Of a stretch of 64,000 bases of DNA, positions 61,575 to 64,000 are shown piece after piece. The notes under the pieces are model-generated. The model made no database searches. It was not told where the DNA came from and worked only from the letters and a program-made list of their open reading frames with translations. Numbering within the stretch: the stretch's first letter is position 1; every line of letters starts with the position of its first letter. The stretch comes from Synergistales bacterium. Lineage in GTDB: Bacteria; Synergistota; Synergistia; Synergistales; JAFGMB01. The stretch spans positions 800,001 through 864,000 of the forward strand of contig OY762654.1 of assembly GCA_963666205.1 (NCBI GenBank), given 5' to 3'. The position numbers were made by a program, and so were the translations under genes.

Positions 61575-62483
61575 TTGATCACTTTTTATCAACTGGAATC
61601 TTTCTGCAAGATCGTGGAAGAAGGTTCCTTTCGCTCCGCAGCTGAAAAACTTTTTATTTCACAGCCCTCCATCAGTCAGCATGTAGCCAGCCTTGAAAAA
61701 CACTTCCAGATCCAGCTTTTTATAAGACAGGGAAGAAAAATAAGACTCACACCCGAAGGAAGGTTACTCTACACTACTGCAATTCAGATAATCGAAAAAA
61801 TCGGGACCCTGGGAGAAAGATTCAAGGATCTGAAAAACCTGAAATTTGGAGAACTCAAGATCGGATGCTCGAACTTTACCGGTTCTTACATACTCCCCCA
61901 TGCCCTGGACTTTTTCCGCCATAAATACCCTCTGATAAAGGTATCAATAATATCTGGAAGGGTCCGGGAGATACTCCAGAACTTGAATGACAATAATCTG
62001 GAACTGGTCATTCTCGGGAAAAACCTGAATTGGGCAACTGAACCTCAACTGACTTATAAATCCATAGGTATGGACGAACTGGTTTTCGTCGCAAATTCCG
62101 CCCATCCACTTGCAAACAGTACCGTCAAGGTCCGAACCCTTGAGAAAGAAACTCTTATAACCTATTCCGAAAGGAACAACCTTAATTCCTATATAAAAGA
62201 TTTCATTTTGAGATACGAACTGAGACCCACTAATATCATAGAGGTGGATGACCTGGGCATAGCTAAAAAGCTCACTCTTCAGGGTCTGGGTATAACCCTG
62301 GCCAGTAAACTGGCTGTTGCGGAAGAGATAAAAGAGGGAACTCTCAGCCTGATCGATCTGGAAGACAGGGAAAGACTGACATGGGAGATAAATGCCATTT
62401 ATCACTCCAGCAGGGGACTTACTTATGCAGGATGGGAAATGCTGAAGATCCTTGAAAAAATGGCTGGTCTCACTCTCACTTAA
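61575..62483 (+). CDS. LysR-family transcriptional regulator
   Basis: GSFRSAAEKLFISQPSISQHVASLE..LFIR..LTPEG; divergent from the ygeY cluster. TTG start 61575 or ATG 61560. Confidence 0.95.
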   Translation: MITFYQLESFCKIVEEGSFRSAAEKLFISQPSISQHVASLEKHFQIQLFIRQGRKIRLTPEGRLLYTTAIQIIEKIGTLGERFKDLKNLKFGELKIGCSNFTGSYILPHALDFFRHKYPLIKVSIISGRVREILQNLNDNNLELVILGKNLNWATEPQLTYKSIGMDELVFVANSAHPLANSTVKVRTLEKETLITYSERNNLNSYIKDFILRYELRPTNIIEVDDLGIAKKLTLQGLGITLASKLAVAEEIKEGTLSLIDLEDRERLTWEINAIYHSSRGLTYAGWEMLKILEKMAGLTLT

Positions 62484-62586
62484 GGCAAATTATGATAATT
62501 ATCAGTTCGTATCCCCATTTCAAAATGATTTATTCTCTATAAAAAGGTACAATTCTGAATGATTCCATTGAAAGAGGAGGTATAAA

Positions 62587-63636
62587 ATGAAAAGCATTTT
62601 TGACGACGACAAATTCTTTGATGAAGAGAAAGGGGAAAAACAGAAGTTCAACAAAGAGGAAATGAAAAAATTCTTCAACATGAAGTTAGGATTCCTTAAA
62701 TATATAGTTATCCTCTTAATATTGGCCTTGGTTGCCAAACAGGGATTTTACATCGTTCCCGCTGCTTCAAGAGGCGTAGTTTTCAGACTTGGAAAAGTAA
62801 TAAAGGTCGCAGACCAGGGAGTTAATTTCAAGATACCCCTGATCGACATGGTTACAATAGTCAATACTGAACAGATCCAGCGTTTTGAATATGGTTATCG
62901 AACTGTCTCCGTTGGACCTCCTGCCCGTTATACTGACAGGCCGGAAGAATCCAAGATGCTTACGGGTGATAACAAGATAGTCGAGATAGACTGGGTACTC
63001 CAGTTCCAGACGGGAGACCCGGCAGCCTTTGTCGTTAATGTTCCCAGTGACAGGGACTCACAGGTAAAGATGATCCGGGATATAGCCGAAGCGACCCTCA
63101 GGGAGGTAATTGCATCTCGCAAACTTGACGATGTTCTTACCACGGAGAAGGAAGCTTCCCAGACGGAAGCCAAGCAGCTCATCCAGCAAAAGATGGATGA
63201 ATTGAAAACAGGTGTTTTTGTAGTAGCTGTACAGTTTCAGGATGTAGTCCCCCCCAAAGCTGTCCAGGCTGCTTTCAGCGAAATAAATTCTGCCCGTGCG
63301 GAAAAGGAAAGATTTATTCTTGAAGCCGATAAATATACCAACGAAGTACTCTCAAAAGCCGCCGGTGAAGCCGAGAGGGTACTTAACGAAGCAGAGGCCT
63401 ACAAATTCCGCAGGATCAACCTTGCAGAAGGGGAAGCAGCCAGAATAACATCCCTCAACAAGGTCTACAGGGAAAACCCGGACCTGGTCCTTAAAACCCT
63501 CTGGCTTGAGAACATGCAGGAGGTATGGCCGAAACTGAAAGTAGTCATAGTGGACGGAGGAAGTGATTCCCTTCAGATACTTCCCATCGAGCAGTTACTG
63601 CAGATGCAGGGCGAAAAAGCCCCGCAGCAGAATTAG
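62587..63636 (+). CDS. hflK: FtsH modulator HflK
   Basis: TM plus SPFH domain; MLTGDNKIV, QDVVPP..VQAAF, A.GEAER. Confidence 0.92.
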   Translation: MKSIFDDDKFFDEEKGEKQKFNKEEMKKFFNMKLGFLKYIVILLILALVAKQGFYIVPAASRGVVFRLGKVIKVADQGVNFKIPLIDMVTIVNTEQIQRFEYGYRTVSVGPPARYTDRPEESKMLTGDNKIVEIDWVLQFQTGDPAAFVVNVPSDRDSQVKMIRDIAEATLREVIASRKLDDVLTTEKEASQTEAKQLIQQKMDELKTGVFVVAVQFQDVVPPKAVQAAFSEINSARAEKERFILEADKYTNEVLSKAAGEAERVLNEAEAYKFRRINLAEGEAARITSLNKVYRENPDLVLKTLWLENMQEVWPKLKVVIVDGGSDSLQILPIEQLLQMQGEKAPQQN

Positions 63637-63654
63637 GAAAAGGAGGGTGCAATT

Positions 63655-64000
63655 ATGAAAGATATGAAGAAGATCATTTTCTACCTTGTATTAATAGTCC
63701 TCCTTATGGGAATGACTGGCTCTTTCTACCTTTTGAGACAGGACCAGCAGGCAGTAATTCTTCGACTGGGGAAAGTCGTTGCCTCTAAAACAGAACCCGG
63801 GTTGTATTTCAAGATCCCCTTCATGGACAAGGTCACGAAATACACAAAGAAACTCATCGAATATGATGCCCAACCCGTTGCCGTAGTTACAAGTGATAAA
63901 AAGAGCCTTGTTTTTGATACCATAGCTCTATTCAGGATCTCCGATCCTGAGACTTTCTATCGAAGGGTACGAACTGTGGCTTCTGTTCAACAGCGGCTGG
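63655..64000 (+). CDS. hflC: FtsH modulator HflC (5' part, runs off window)
   Basis: AGGAGG RBS; MKDMKKIIFYLV..QAVILRLGK..EPGLYFKIPF..VTSDKK; follows hflK. Confidence 0.9.
   Translation, partial: MKDMKKIIFYLVLIVLLMGMTGSFYLLRQDQQAVILRLGKVVASKTEPGLYFKIPFMDKVTKYTKKLIEYDAQPVAVVTSDKKSLVFDTIALFRISDPETFYRRVRTVASVQQRL

Noticed and set aside
1-64000. CRISPR arrays, tRNA/rRNA genes, IS elements, prophage
   Set aside because: No spaced direct repeats, cloverleafs, transposase, integrase or phage ORFs seen by eye; the palindromes do not share sequence.

Overview
A gene-dense bacterial chromosomal window of moderate GC. Gene content (AsmA-like envelope protein, TRAP transporters, amino-acid catabolism, T-box regulation) suggests an anaerobic diderm, possibly Synergistota; this is inference only. 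In order, it carries: a PAS histidine kinase/NarL-type regulator pair; a signal-peptide-bearing MsrA that the ORF track splits at an in-frame TGA, read here as a selenocysteine codon with an adjacent SECIS-like hairpin; a glycogen cluster (GH57, glgB, malQ, glgP, glgA, glgC); an AsmA-like gene; dapF and a T-box(Lys)-controlled lysA plus NhaC-family transporter; an 11-gene poly-gamma-glutamate-related locus (DUF6305-like protein, DctM-like permease, an unannotated 47-aa membrane protein, deacylase, GGT, capB/capC/pgsW, two-component system, LarA-family racemase); ZIP, rlmN and feoAB; a ~18 kb catabolic cluster with a divergent LysR (two YgeY-like M20 paralogs, one with broken catalytic motifs, two PLP fold-II enzymes, glyA, two D-aminoacylase-family enzymes, TRAP PQM, a high-GC fhs-folT-folD block, dihydropyrimidinase); and hflK/hflC. 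I saw no rRNA, tRNA, CRISPR array or transposase. All product calls come from motif recognition by eye, not database searches.
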